A DNA stretch of 64,000 nucleotides. Origin: Camelus dromedarius. Taxonomy: Eukaryota. Numbering within the stretch: the stretch's first letter is position 1; each line of letters starts with the position of its first letter. The stretch covers positions 33,854,001 to 33,918,000 of the forward strand of contig NC_087447.1 of assembly GCF_036321535.1 (NCBI RefSeq), in the 5' to 3' direction. The translations under genes were made by a program, and so were the position numbers. Below, piece by piece: positions 51,001 through 64,000 of this stretch. The notes beneath the pieces are model-generated. The model saw only the letters and a program-made list of their open reading frames with translations, did not search any database and had not been told where the DNA came from.

Positions 51001-51094
51001 TTTTATGGCCCAGGACACCAGGTCTCACATTACACGTAGGAACTTGGGTAATAACTCTCTGTCTTCTTGCGTTTGTACAGATGACTACACAATA

Positions 51095-51186
51095 GCGATA
51101 CAATATCAATGAGAAAATACATTTCTGTTGTTGTAAGCCACCAAACTGGTGATAATTTGTTACAACAGCTACGGGAAACTAACACA
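51095..51186 (+). mobile_element. MLT1 LTR 3' end
   Basis: tgagaaaatacatttctgttgttgtaagccacc...tttgttacaacagc...aaactaacaca. Confidence 0.75.
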
Positions 51187-54169
51187 ATTCCTGAGTAGTT
51201 TGAAATCTTAATTCCCTAAACCAGTGAATAAATTGTATCTCCCAACCTTAAGTCGCCAGCAATATAAAAATACCATGCCTTGATCTTGATCATATACATA
51301 TATAGTCGTGTATATGTTCTACATTGATAGTCTTGTAACTGCTAAAATGTGGACCAGACACACAAGCATCTATGTCATTGTCAGAATGGGACTCTGGTTT
51401 CACAATAGGAATTAGCAGTCAAAAGGGGCTTCTTGGTTTAGTAAAGAAGTTCGGGAAATATTGGGCTGAAAACATTTGAAAAAGTTTCTCTCCTAAAGGA
51501 CTTCTTGGAGCCTTTAATATGCTAAGAGACACTGCAAATCTCCAAGGAGGGATGTGGTCTTCAGTGTTCACCAAGCCTATTTGATTACAATCATCCCACC
51601 CCTGGGAAAGCACGTGTAAGGACCAAAATTAGGAGAAAAATACACCTGGGCCACCACCTCAATACTGATTATAACATTGAAGCTCAGAGCTGGTGCTTTG
51701 CCACAACCCCACAGGTGTAGTGGCCCATTCAGGGTTCTAACCCAGGCCTCCTAACATTTGTCCAGTGTTCCTTCTACTGAATGGGTTGAGCATCTAAAAG
51801 AGGAAACACTGAATGTCATCCTGAAAGTGAAGGGAGGAGGGTCCTCTGAAGACAACTTTATTGAAAGGAAACATGTTCTTCAGTGAGTTAGCAGCTTATA
51901 GAACGCAGCAAGGAGATAGGAGGAAAGGTGGATTTTTCCTATCTTTTGTTATTGGCATTGACCCTGAAGGCCCTTAGTCCTCCCCTAGAAGCTTAAGGGG
52001 CTTAGATCAAGGGCAGATTTTGAAATTGAGTTTATTCAGATTAAGTAAAACCTCCAGTGAGAGGATTTACTTCACACAAGCTGTTGCCAAGTTGGGGCTC
52101 TCCGGGCCAGGCCCATTTTCCTAAGCCGCAATCGACTTGTTCCCAAGTTGCTGGCAGTGTCCAGGCAGCCAGTTCCCTGGGACATTAAACATTCAGAGTC
52201 TGGATCCTTTTCTATCCCTCCAGCATTTATAGACAGGCTTCTGGTAGGCAGCAGATTTTCTAAGAATAATTATCCAAGGAGTTGATCCTGGAGAAAGTAG
52301 CAAGAGATTTAGAGTCTAGAAAAATGCTGTCTTACCAGTTTGCACTGGACAAATCACAATGAGATTGTCCCAGGAACGAAGGATATTTTTGCCAGGATGA
52401 GAATCTAGAAGACAGAAGGCAGCTGGGAGCCAGGGGTACAAGTAGTTGTTTGGGGATTTTTCTTTTAATGCCATATTCCCTTGGTTTTTCCAGATGCTAC
52501 TTTTACTCCTCAAATCTGAAAAATTGCCACTGATTTTGAGAGTTTGGAATGTGGCCGAGATAACAACGTTACAAAATTCTACTCCCAGGATGCAAAATTA
52601 ACCACTTTCTATTTCAAACGTGCTCTGCCTTTAAGACTGAGCTTCTCCAAGCATTTAGAAAGCCTCCAGTTTCTCTTTTGTGTCTAGATTTTTTAAATAG
52701 CTTCTATTGCTTTTTTCCTTATAAAAAATAATACATATTTGTCTTAGAAATGTTGGAAATATGAGAAAAGCCTAAGGAAAGAAAATAAACATCTCCTGTG
52801 TTCTTAGAACTTAGAGATAAAGATTCTTATTGATTTTTTGTTGTTTTGGGGGGGGTGTCCAAGTCCATTTAGAGTCATTTAAAAATACCTGGTGAGCATA
52901 AACTTTGAGGTGAGTCCCTCTAATTCCCACAAGATAGAAGGTGGCTTGTGTGGTTCAGCTCTGCATTAAGCACAAAGAGAATCACCTATCATTTACTGAG
53001 CTACTACTTCCAAAAAAAAGTCTTAGTTTGTCAAACTGGATGAGACCCGAGAACTCCGCTGAATAGGTGAGAAAACTGAGCACCAGGGAGTCACTGACTT
53101 CTGACATTACACCTGACATCTCAGAGGTAGAGGAGGGACCCAGAAAAATCTTCTGGTCTCATTTTAGTGTGTTTTCCCTTCCTATACCAGCTGTGTCATT
53201 ATAGAAAGAATTATAGTTATAAAATTCAATTTGAGTCAGAACATTTGGTTATGCTAAAACTCAAAGCATGAGGAATTTTTATGTACTAATTATTTGGCAC
53301 TATGGAGAGTGAAATAATCTCCCCATAAATAGAAATTTCCAAAGTGCTAAAGGTCAGCTTTTGAAGCGCAAAGACTTGCATCTTAATGTTAGTCAATGCC
53401 AGTGGAAGTTATTCTAAATACACCTTTTTAAAGACAGGCACATTAACAGCACAATCTTCTCTTGATGACTCAAAGTCATAATTACCAGCATCAGTTTTTA
53501 GTTTATGCTGGGATACAGGGAGACTGTCTGGGATTGGGAAATTGTAAAACCCTGAATGGCTCCTGGCTGCTAAGCTTTCGTAGTGTTATGTTTGCTTTAT
53601 ATGGATTTTCTGTCTCCTCCTTCACAATCAAGCTGTCAGCTATTATTTCTTGCTGGTCCCAGTATGTTTGAGATCCTTTCCTCATTTGTTCCCCATCTGC
53701 TATGCTGCTTCTAATCTGTTGTGAGCTGGGGAAGTGGATATCTGTGTGTTAGAAGTATTTGTAACCTAAGAGTAAATAGGCTCTGAGTGAGTGCTGAGAG
53801 GCTCTCTTGGTCATAAAGTTAGTGAGCAGACTGAGGGACATATATGTTGATGGCTCAGAAACTTTTCAAAGTTTTTTTCTCTTTAGATTGGATAAATAAT
53901 ACAGGACAGTACTTAAAAAATAGATGATACAAACAGACGTGAAGAACTCAGATATCTTTTGCTGACTTTATGTACATCATTCTTTCCTTGGGAAGGGATC
54001 TAAATCTCTTAAGCAACAGAATGGGTCCTGAATTCTTACTTCTTTTATTTCTAAAATTTCTAAAATTTACTTTGCAACATAAAATTGGTCTTTTCTAAAG
54101 CTAATGGAAACAGCTGTGGCATCACTTATGAGGGCCTGGCAAGGACAGAGGACCGGCCTCCCCTATGGA

Positions 54170-56060
54170 GGCTGTTTCCCTCCCACTCTCCACTTCCTCC
54201 CCTCCCCCCAGCCCACCCCCGCCCCCGCCCCAGCTGCTGTCCCCTCGTCTGAAGTACAAAAATTGCCAACATTTTCACTTCTTCACTTGTAGATTGTGTA
54301 TTTTTGAAAAGATTAAAACAGCTTTCCCTTGCTTCAAACTTTAGAATTCTTTTAAATGATCAGTAAGGCTGATTTTCCTACTTTGTCCCAATATTTTCTC
54401 CTAGACTCTAAATTTCTAAAAAATGCTCTCACCAAAAATGAACAAGTAAATGAGATGGACCAGTTAAAAGCTCACGTGATGCTGAAAACTACCATTAGCA
54501 AGGGTGCTGTGGGAGTGGCACAGGCTGTAAAAGCCAAGCGATTTGCAAAATTATGCCAAGAGGAGGAATTGCTCAATGCAAACACCTGCTGAGGAGTGAT
54601 TATCAAATTATCCACAGCATAACTATGACCCTGCAAGTTGACTTTCCTACCCGCCACCGCTCCACGGTGGTTTGTATTTACCAGGAAATACCCACAAGCC
54701 CCCTGCACTCGGCTAAACCGAAAGGCAAATTAAATGACTCATGCTGGAGTCGATGAGAGGCTGTAATAACAACAGCCCAGCCACATCTGAACGGGGCATT
54801 AACACTTTGCAAAGGACTTCCACACACAGGTTCTCACTTACAGGTTGAAATAACTGCCCACTGAGGTTGTTCCCAGGGTAAGGTGCCCTTGATGGGTTTT
54901 CCCAAAGAAAAGTGCAAAACTTTAAAATAAAAACTGAAGTTAAAGCAGACCCTAAATTTCCCTTCTACTTCATCCCACCGACCTCTACCGCCACCTTTCT
55001 TTCCAGCTGTCAGTTCTTAAAGTGTATGTTTTAATTTTCCATGGTTGACCACATCCAAAGCTGTTTTAAGGAGCATGGGATTCTATTCTTCTCTAAAATC
55101 TATATGCAGCCGCGGATTACCACAGCTGGTTCTGGTAACATTTGCAAAGGCTAACTTACCATCTGAGACTATTTCTAAGGCTATCGTGAGTGACATTAGG
55201 CCTGTTTCTGGCAAGAAACCCTCTGGTTGTCCTGTATACCATCTTAAATGGTCTTTTTGTGATCATGGTCGCTACTCTTACACAAATACAGGGCGTATTT
55301 TCCCTGATGGGTGTCCCAAGGAGAGCTTGGGAAGAAATCATCATTATCAAGGCAGTTCACCCAGACACACAGGCTTGGTTGTTACCGTATTTAAAGAAGT
55401 GGCCACAAAGAAATAGTCATTGGATTTACAATAGGGGAAACCTAGTATGCATTTCCAAGGAATCACATTTTGGGGAGAATTACAGAATAATTACACATAT
55501 GCTTAGATCACGAGCATTCAATGAAGCGGACAGTATTTTGAGGATTTAAGATGTTGGCGTTGTGGTCGTCTCTAAGAAACCGGGATAATTCAGACATTCA
55601 AATGCAAAACCGCACCATTTGGAGAGTGTAATGCGGTCTGTTCTGGTCACTGTTACAAATTCGGAAAGGATTCCCTGGCTGCAGACATTAGAGGCACTTA
55701 ATACTTAAATCTGTTACCAAATGTAAAGCATAGAACAAAAGTGCTGGGCATTAATGAAATGTATCCTAACACTGGTGTGCTGACACATTTCATTAACGTG
55801 TCACTTTGGGAGAGTAAAAAATAATGACAAGGGCTTTGCTGTGTGCAACTCGATAAGGTCCTCAGATGAAATATCATTAACTAATAACACATTAAACCTC
55901 CATTTTAACACTATCAGGCTGGAATTAATTTCATGCTAGAATGTCGTCTATAAGCAATTACTATAAACGAATCTCTTTTGTAGGTCTAAAGACTGATTGT
56001 TTATTCACGTTAGTTTTATTTGAACTGCCAGGAAATCAAGTATTCTTGGAAGTTATTGCA
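54170..56060. promoter_or_regulatory. Candidate constrained regulatory block
   Basis: No recognisable TE; tandem GC boxes 54218-54231, TCACGTGA 54472-54479, ATGACTCAT 54734-54742, inverted TAATGAAAT pair 55751-55796. Confidence 0.4.
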
Positions 56061-58469
56061 ATGATCTAAAGGAAAAGACTTTAAAATATCAAATATCTTT
56101 TTCACTTGTAAGGCCAAGCATCAGTTATTTTGTAAAGGAATGTATTGACTGTATTTTTAAAAATACACACCTTTACCATTTTTGTTGGGTGACTGGCAAA
56201 ATATTTTTCTGTTGAACTATAGAAGTTAGAGTGGTCTTCTAAGCTCAAAGGGTTTTTTTTTTTTTAATTTAAAAAAATTGGATAAAAATAAGAATGTAAC
56301 ACATGTAGACCCAAATCTCAGCATTTTATGAGTTTGAAAAGATTTAATGTTCTAATTTACAGCTAACTAGTTTTCTATTTAGGAAAAGTTTTCATGTGTA
56401 AATATACGTAATTTGTATTTTTAGTAAATTCTCAAAACATCTCCTTCTAAGGTCTTATGTTCAAAATGTCAAACTAACAAGAACTTTGCAACTCTGGCAG
56501 CCACCTGGACACTCTTACAGGATAGAGTTAGGTACAGTGGTTTCCAGCATTTATAGATTTGTTTGATTGTGTGCAGTAGCAAGGCAAGACATTCTCCCAT
56601 GTTGGCCTAGGCAGCCAAGTATCGAGTTACAAAGTAACACAAAACAAAAGAGATGCAATAGAGAAATTAGTCCAAAGCAAAACAAGAGAACTGCACAAGA
56701 AACTTGGAGCTGGCAATCTCGTAATGTGAAAGGTTAATCACAAGATTTAAAATCTAATCTTGCTTTCAAAGGCAGCGCGTGTAATTGCATACATTGTAAA
56801 GGGACATGTGAACAGTGGGAACAGAAAAAAAATTAAACAAGCGGCTCGATATAAACTGTAAATTTAATATGGTGAAAAGCAAAAACCTAGCAAGGACAGG
56901 TGCAGATCTCAAGAAGGAGTCAGCTGGGAACTAGGACCACAGAAACGGCTACCAATAGCCACTTCTAAAGAAAAGACAGCCTCGAATTTTGGATAAATAT
57001 AGATTCTAATGGGATACTGCCTTTTTAGATTAAATTCCATTATGTTGCCTGGCAAATATGTAAAAGGGGCTTATCATGTGCTGATATCGAGGAAATGCAA
57101 AAATAAATCAGACACCAAAGGAAGAAAGTCATAGCTCCCCAGAGCACAAGACAGAAGAGACTAAGCCAGAGTTAAAAGGGGAGAAATCACTCCACGAAAG
57201 GGTTGGTATTTAAACTCTGCCAGGAAGAATGGGCAGGACTGGGCCATAGGCGGGTGTAATGGGAAGGCATGAGCAGAGCTGGGGAAGCATGGAGTATGTG
57301 CAGAAGTCAGGGACAACTTCCAGCGGAGTGGCAGGACAGTCTCCCAACACAGGAGCTGTGTGGGCCGGAAAGGGAGAGGGGGTGAGGTCCTGGGGTCTGG
57401 AGGAATGTGACTGATTTCTATGCAAAGTGGGAAACCACTGGAGTTTTTGGATCCAAGAACAATCTGATGCTAAAAGTGTTGGAGAAGGTTAATTTGTATG
57501 GGGCAGCCTAGCAGAGAAAGAAGAAAATCTCAGTAGAACACATTTCAGGACAGCAAAAATGCAGGGATTTGTGTTCTTGGGCTACCAAGTACTGAAAGCA
57601 TATTTATGAGTTATCTGTTTCTAAATTCCAAGACAGCTACTTCTTGCTAAATTGGAAAAGCAATGAGAGGTGCCTTTGAGGAACATGTCATTTGTCAGGG
57701 AACCATGGAAGACCCTTGCCCGGGGGTGGTACTGGGACCAATTTCCCTGGTTGCATGTTGAATGCCAGGGACGAAACGGATACCAACTACTGCAAGGGTG
57801 TATGTATGTAATTCCCCATCACAGCAGGAATTTGGATACATCTCAGGCCCAACCAGGACACACAACTACCAGCCACCCCATCAGAGCCCGTTTCCAGAAA
57901 TGTGCTAACCAGGGTAAAAGTGATGCACCTCTGCATCAACACCAGAAAAGAGAAGCAGGCAAACACATTTAGAGGCCCTTGGCAATAAGTGTACGGTGTT
58001 AGGGTTTGGGGGCAACATTACTAAAGAGCATAATGTATCAGGGAGTAGAACTTTTTTTTTTTTTTGGTTTACTTTCACAGGGACATTTCGTTACCTATCC
58101 TATTTATATAGCATTTTATACTTTTCAAGGTGCTTTTAAATACCTTATTTCATTTCCTCCAATAACCTCATTATTCTTGTTTTACGTAAAGAGTTGCAGA
58201 AGCCCAGCACACTGTGTCGCTTTGCCTCAGACCTCACAGCCACTTGGTGGAGGAGTGGGCACCCAGAAGCCAGCTCTCTGGGGTTCTCTTTCCCACTTCT
58301 TTACCTAGCTTATTCCTACTTATAATCAGCAAATATTGACCAAGCGTCTCTTCCATAGAAGGCATGCTTCTAAGTCTGAGGAAAGCCTCAAGTTTTCCTG
58401 GGAGTATTAACAGAAAAACCTTAGCAGGGTTTTCGGTGAGGAATGAAAACCTAGCTGATCGTCGCGGCA

Positions 58470-58488
58470 TAGAGCCCTCTGGTGGCAG
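58470..58488 (-). promoter_or_regulatory. Candidate CTCF binding site
   Basis: Minus strand reads ctGCCACCAGAGGGCTCTA, a strong match to the CTCF core; three CpGs retained immediately adjacent. Confidence 0.6.
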
Positions 58489-59019
58489 GTAGGATATGAG
58501 TTAAGAGGTAGGAGTCAATGTTTTTAGGATTCAGACGTCTTTAGTTTTTAAGACCTGACTATATGGAAAGATGAGACTATTAAAACATAGAAAACACTTT
58601 TTAGGAGGGCTCATTTAATGCGGTACTCTCATCTGGCATATTAAGAAATTAAGGAGTAATATACAGGAGAAATAAACTAAATCTATGCATGGAAACATGG
58701 GCAGATTTCAAAAACATAATGCTGCAATGATAAAAGATAAGAAATGTGAAATTAATAGCAAAATAAAATTTATATATATTTAAAAATTTTTTTTAAAAGG
58801 AAAAGAAATTGATGTCCAGAGAGGTTGAGCAACTTTGCTCAGGGCAGCACAGCATCATAAACCAGTGCTTCTCTCCAGGAAGACAGACATCCCTCTTCCT
58901 CATTCTCCTTCCTCTTGCGGGTTAACATTCATGCCACAAGGCAATGCCCTCCTTGGGAAGTAGGACGGGAAAGGATAAGCTCCTGGTACTTGCACAAATA
59001 ACTGCATGGATGGACACCT

Positions 59020-59220
59020 CCTGGTTCCTGCTCTTAATGGTTACATGACCCAGGGGATTTCATCCACCTCATCTCCCTCTGGGCCTCAGTTCCCACACTT
59101 GTAAACTAAAATATTTGCACTTCACTGGCTTGTTTTAAGTGTTAAATGACATAATGGAAGTGACAAACTCAGCACAAGCCTGGCATGTAGTAAACACTGA
59201 ATATGTGGTAGTTGTTATTT
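59020..59220 (+). mobile_element. MIR SINE
   Basis: ctctgggcctcagttccc...gttaaatgacataat...gcctggcatgtagtaaacact. Confidence 0.75.
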
Positions 59221-59792
59221 TTCTGAATCACCATTCCAGCCATAGCATACCCAGGTATTTTGCAAGTGTTATGTAATTAACAAGAAAGCAATAGGTAGGT
59301 ATTTACATATGAAGCCTTTGAAGCTGAAATAGGTAGAGTAACTTGCTAAGGACCTTCTTTCCAATAACTGGCAATATTCTAGAAGTTAAATCCAGCATTC
59401 TTTTCATTATGCCACCAACAACCACACCATTAAAAGATTTTTGTTTGTCTTTCTGTCATTTGGGGCTGTTGTATGGAACAATCCTGAATTTCACATGTGA
59501 AAATTTTAACATAGCATTACATGATTGATACTTCACTCAGTCTATAACTTTGCATCCCTAAGACTCATATGTTTTTAAGACTCATAGTTTTTGAAGTACA
59601 GTAGGAAAAATAAGATCTTCCCCAAATAATAAAATTATTGGAAGCTTTCAAGATTCTCTGGAGAATTAAACCAAAGAAATGTAGTGGACATTCGTTCCTA
59701 TAATAGATATGTTGACCCCAAATTTCCGTTATGCACTCAGAGCTTAATTGAGCTCATTTTGAGAGCAGGCATTTTAAAGAATGTTTGCTATA

Positions 59793-60106
59793 TAGTCATC
59801 CTTTGGTATCTGCGGGGGTTTGGTTCCAAGATCCTCTAAAGATACCAAAATTCAAGGATGCTCAAGTCCCTTATATAAAATGGTATAGTATTTGCATAAA
59901 ACCTATGCACATCTTCCAGAATACTTTAAATTATCTCCAGATTATTTATAATACCGAATACAATGTAAATGCTATGTAAATAGTTGCTGGTATGTGGCAA
60001 ATTCAAGTTTTGCTTTTTTGGAACTTCTTGGAATTTTTTAAAATATTTCAATCCATGGTTGGTTGAATCCACAGATGCAGAAGCCAAGGATACAAAGGGC
60101 CGGTTA
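59793..60106. mobile_element. MER2-like TcMar-Tigger MITE
   Basis: ggatgctcaagtcccttatataaaatgg; ttggttgaatccacagatgcagaa; TA on both flanks. Confidence 0.88.
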
Positions 60107-60229
60107 TATCTATGCTCAGCATCTCAGGAGCCTGTGGTACCTGCGATAGGATATGACTCTTGTGTCCATGTAATTATTAAGAACACTCTTTCACTCTCAA
60201 AAGTTTCCAGATTTGGACAATAAATTATA

Positions 60230-63105
60230 CAGCCATCCTACCAATAAATTATGGGGGTAAGGAAAATTTCCCACCTTCTCCAATATTAAAAAAAGGAAGG
60301 AAAATATTGGACATAAACTACCATGAAAACTGGACAAAATACATGAAACAACTATATTGATACTCTGGACAACAGTCAGCTCAGGAGTGTGAAGTAAGCA
60401 CTATGACTGTCCCAGATTTCTTTCCATTGGCATTTTCCAAACCTCAATGCATGTATGGTGAATCCAAGCAGAGCACTGTGGTCTCCCTGGAAAGAGGAGA
60501 CAGAGCTCGGATTTCAGAGAGGCTGAGACAACGAGAATCTGCAAGGAAAAGTACTGAAAAGAAGACAACTACACAGTGAAAGAGCTCTGTAAGGCTGCAT
60601 GGGTCCCTGAGTCTTTGAATATTAAGCTGCACATTCACGGGGTGAGACTCCACAGTCCAGGCAAAGCACAGCTGCTGGAGTGCTGTTCGCTGAACAACCA
60701 CAGGAGCTCACACAGGGCTGGGAGACATGACAGACAGAAACTCCAGAAAGATCATGCCTTAAAAATGGGTTAAATTAGCCTAAGGGTAAAGGGCAAAAGT
60801 TTTTCTAGTTTCATGCCAATAAAGCCTTCCCCCCCCCCCCAAAAGCCTTTACAGAATAAATCTGATCTTTCAGAAAATTAAATGTCTGCAGAATAAAATC
60901 CAACACGCTTTAGAGGGAGATCACAAGATCTAGACTCTCAAAGATTTAGAACCTACAATGTCCAGAATATAACTTAAAAATTATTAGCCTATGAAGTCAG
61001 GAAGATATGACCTGTGGAAAAATAAATCATTAGAACAGACCAGAAATGAGAGAAATGATAAAGTTGAAAAAAAAAAAAGACTTACAAAAAGTATGATAAA
61101 TTTGTTCAAAGATTTAAAAAAAATCAAGAACACAATGAGGAGACAGGTGGAAAATACAAAAAAAGAAATAAAGGGAATGTAGATCTCAAATAAAATTTCT
61201 GAAATGAAAATTTGACCTGGATGGGCTTAATAGATTAGATATTGTAGAAGAAAATATTAGTGAACTTAGCATGACATTCATAAGTTAGCTACTAAAACAA
61301 TAGAGAGAGATAAAAAAGGCCTAGAAATTTAACAATGCCTCAATGAACTGTGGAAAAACATCAAGTGGCAATTGGACTCCCAGATGGAAAGGAGATGGAA
61401 TGATTGGAGAGGATAAAATCTGATGAATTATGGCTGGAGACTTTCCAGGCTTAATGAAAAACATTAATCTGCAGATCCATAAAGCACAATGAATTCCTAG
61501 AGAGGTAAACACAAACACACATCAAGGCATTTTGCTAAAAACTAATCATAGACTATCCTAAAAGCAGTCAGAGAGGAAAAATTGACAACACATATAGAAG
61601 AATGAAAATGAGGATTATCTTTGATTCCTCAACCTAAAAGATAATGCAATGGCATTTTTAAATGCTGAAAGGAAAGAAAAATGATTTGATACCTATATGA
61701 TTAATATCACTTAGAAAGGCATCAAAAATATGAACTATCTAAGGATAAATTTAACAAAATATAACTAGGATCATTATAGTAAAAACAAAAAAAGGTACTG
61801 GTAGCAATTAAAGACCCAAATGTTGATTGATTGGAAGACTCAACATTACTAAAAATGTCCATTTTCCATAAATTGATCTACAAATTCAAAGCAATCCAAA
61901 TGAAAACCCAAGCTGATACATATTTTTTAAGAACTTGAAAGCTAAAATTTATGTAGAAATGCAAAATAACTAGAATAGCCAAAACAATTTTGAAAAAGAA
62001 GAACCAATTTGGAGGGTTTTTAGTAATACCTGATTTTAAGACTCATATAAAATTTCAGCAATCAAGGCAGTGTGCTATTATGGTAGGGACAGGCATAAAG
62101 AGAAATGAAAGAGAATAGAGTACGTGTGTGATAGGGGGGAAGAGTGTTCAATTGATTTTCAAAAGGATATCAATAATATAATTTAGTGGAGAAAAAAGAA
62201 GTCACTTCAACTAATGGTTAATGGAGCTGGAACAAATGAATATCCCTATGGGAGAAATGAACCTTAACCACTACCTCTCACTTACACAAACATAAACTTG
62301 AAAAGGATCATAGGCCTACATGGAAAAACTAAAAAATTTCTAGAAGAAACATGGAAGTCTTCATCCTCTTGTGACAGGCAAAGATTTCTTAGACATGACA
62401 CAAAAGCATTAGCAATAAGAGAAAAATACTGACTAGTTGAATTTTATCAAAATTTAAAATTCTGATTTTCAAAAAACACTGTTAAGAAAAAGAAAGGTCA
62501 AAGGGATAAATTGGGAGTTTGAGATTTGCAGATACTAATATATATAAAATAGATAAACAACAAGTGCACACTGTATAGCACAGGGAACTATATTCAATAT
62601 CTTATAGTAACTTATGATGAAAAAAGAATATGAAAATGTATATATGTATGTTCCTATATGACTGAAACATTATGCTGTACACCAGAAATTGGCATAACAT
62701 TGTAAAATGACTATGCTTCAATAAAAATATACATATACAAAACGACAATAAAAAAAAGAAAAAAGAAAAGGAAAGGTCAAGTTTTATATTACTAGGAAAC
62801 ATAGGTGCACAATTCATATACCTGTCAAAAGACTTATGTTCAGAATAAATACAAAGAACACTACAACAATAATAAGAAGACAGTCCATTTTTAAAATGGG
62901 CAAAAGATTTGAACAGTCACTTCACAAAAGAATATATATATATATATTCTTGAGGAGATACCTATGAGGGACTTTTTGGAGGCGATAGACATATTCTATG
63001 CCTTGATTAGCAAGGTGCTTCCATATATTTGTCAAAACTCAGTGAGCTACACACTTAAAATGGGTGTACTTCATTATATCTGAATTATAACTCAATAAAT
63101 TTTTT
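60230..63105 (+). mobile_element. Old, internally deleted L1M-class element (5' UTR/ORF1 remnant, ORF2 remnant, 3' end)
   Basis: ORF1-like gatgggcttaatagattaga...gaagaaaatattagtgaactt; ORF2-like ttggaagactcaacatt, aaattgatctacaaattcaa, aatgggcaaaagatttgaacag. Confidence 0.8.
62502..62762 (+). mobile_element. Young 5'-truncated L1 3' end nested in old L1
   Basis: 18-bp TSD with 1 mismatch: aagaaaaagaaaggtcaa 62484-62501 / aagaaaaggaaaggtcaa 62763-62780. Confidence 0.93.
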
Positions 63106-63587
63106 TTAATAAAAGGGAAAGGGAAGAAAAAGAGTGGAAAAGTTATGGAACATTATGCAGCTATTTAAAAGAATAAGATAAATATCTGTTTCTTGATTTA
63201 GAGAAATGATATCAAGTGAAAAATGAAAGTCGTTGAGTAGTACCATTCATCACATGTGTTTTTAAAAGAATAGTCTCTCTCTAATATATATATTTGCTTA
63301 CATACTCCTAGAGAGAGTGGATGCTGAGAAAAACCTGTCAATACTACTTTGTAGAGCATCAGAGGAAAGTGAGAAGGGGCTTTTATTTTCACTTTATGCC
63401 CTTCTAGGCTTCTTAAATTTTCAATGAACCTGTATTAGTTTTAAAATAAAATAAATTTTAAAACTTTAATGCCCTCAAAGACTTGTCTTTTGCTCTCTAA
63501 ACAATATAGTTAAAACACAATAAATAGGAAGATACCTATTTTTTCTGAGTATTTTTATTGCTCATACTTATGTGTAGAAACTTTCAC

Positions 63588-63945
63588 TTTTTTATTGCAG
63601 TAAAATGTACATAACATATAATTTACCACCTTAACCAAGTTTAAGTGTACAGTTCAGTGACATTAAGTGCATTCCCATTGTTGTGCAACCATTACCACTA
63701 TCCATCTCCAGACCTTTTTCATCATCCCAAACTGACACTCTGTACCCATTAGACAGTAATTCCCCATTTTCCCCTTTTCCAGCCCCTGGCAACCACTAAC
63801 CTACCTTCTGTCTCTATGAATGTGACTACCCCAGGTACCTCATATAAGTGGAATCACACAGTATTTGTCCAAAAGTATCTGATGTTTCATTAGCATATCT
63901 TCAAAGTTCATTCATATGTAGCATGTATCAGAATTTTTCTTTTTT
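63588..63945 (-). mobile_element. L1MB-like 3' end
   Basis: aagtgtacagttcagtgacattaagt...ttgttgtgcaaccattaccac...cagcccctggcaaccac. Confidence 0.88.
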
Positions 63946-63951
63946 TAATCA

Positions 63952-64000
63952 GATAATCTAAGTGAAGTAAGTCAGAAAGAGAGAGACAAATACCATATGA
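63952..64000 (+). mobile_element. Start of another L1 3' UTR fragment, cut by window end
   Basis: ctaagtgaagtaagtcagaaagagagagacaaataccatatga. Confidence 0.8.

Noticed and set aside
54356..54592. Protein-like 78-aa ORF with an internal splice acceptor (ttttctcctag at ~54403)
   Set aside because: No recognisable homology and no partner exons found; needs PhyloCSF or RNA-seq support. Better explained as non-coding.
1..64000. Short ORFs in the six-frame track as host genes
   Set aside because: All are 168 aa or shorter, many start at non-ATG codons, and none resembles a host protein I recognise. The recognisable ones are L1 or hAT remnants or antisense reads of them.

Overview
This is mammalian, repeat-rich, apparently non-coding DNA (intergenic or deep intronic). 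It is not prokaryotic, and I found no CRISPR array, rRNA, tRNA or operon. I cannot support any intact host protein-coding gene. Every recognisable ORF in the track is a decayed LINE-1 ORF2 or hAT transposase remnant. The young L1 3' ends are cetartiodactyl-type, and I saw no Bov-tA/BovB, PRE-1 or CHR-2 SINEs, which suggests a camelid (inference). The window holds ancient MIR/L2, MaLR/ERVL/ERV1 LTRs, hAT and Tigger-type DNA elements, and L1s of several ages. Several repeat-poor, motif-dense blocks look like developmental enhancers. The best-supported unusual structures are retrotransposition products readable from target-site duplications (TSDs) and poly(A) tails: (1) an L1 3' transduction at 183-624; (2) a scrambled L1 with an RT segment inside its 3' UTR at 31351-32394; (3) an orphan poly(A)-tailed 3'UTR-like retrocopy at 43328-44020; (4) a twin-primed inverted L1 with two nested inserts at ~47950-50465; (5) a tail-only insertion at 45816-45875. 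I did not find a convincing new biological system. Repeat family names come from my recollection of consensus sequences, not from a database search, and most boundaries are approximate.
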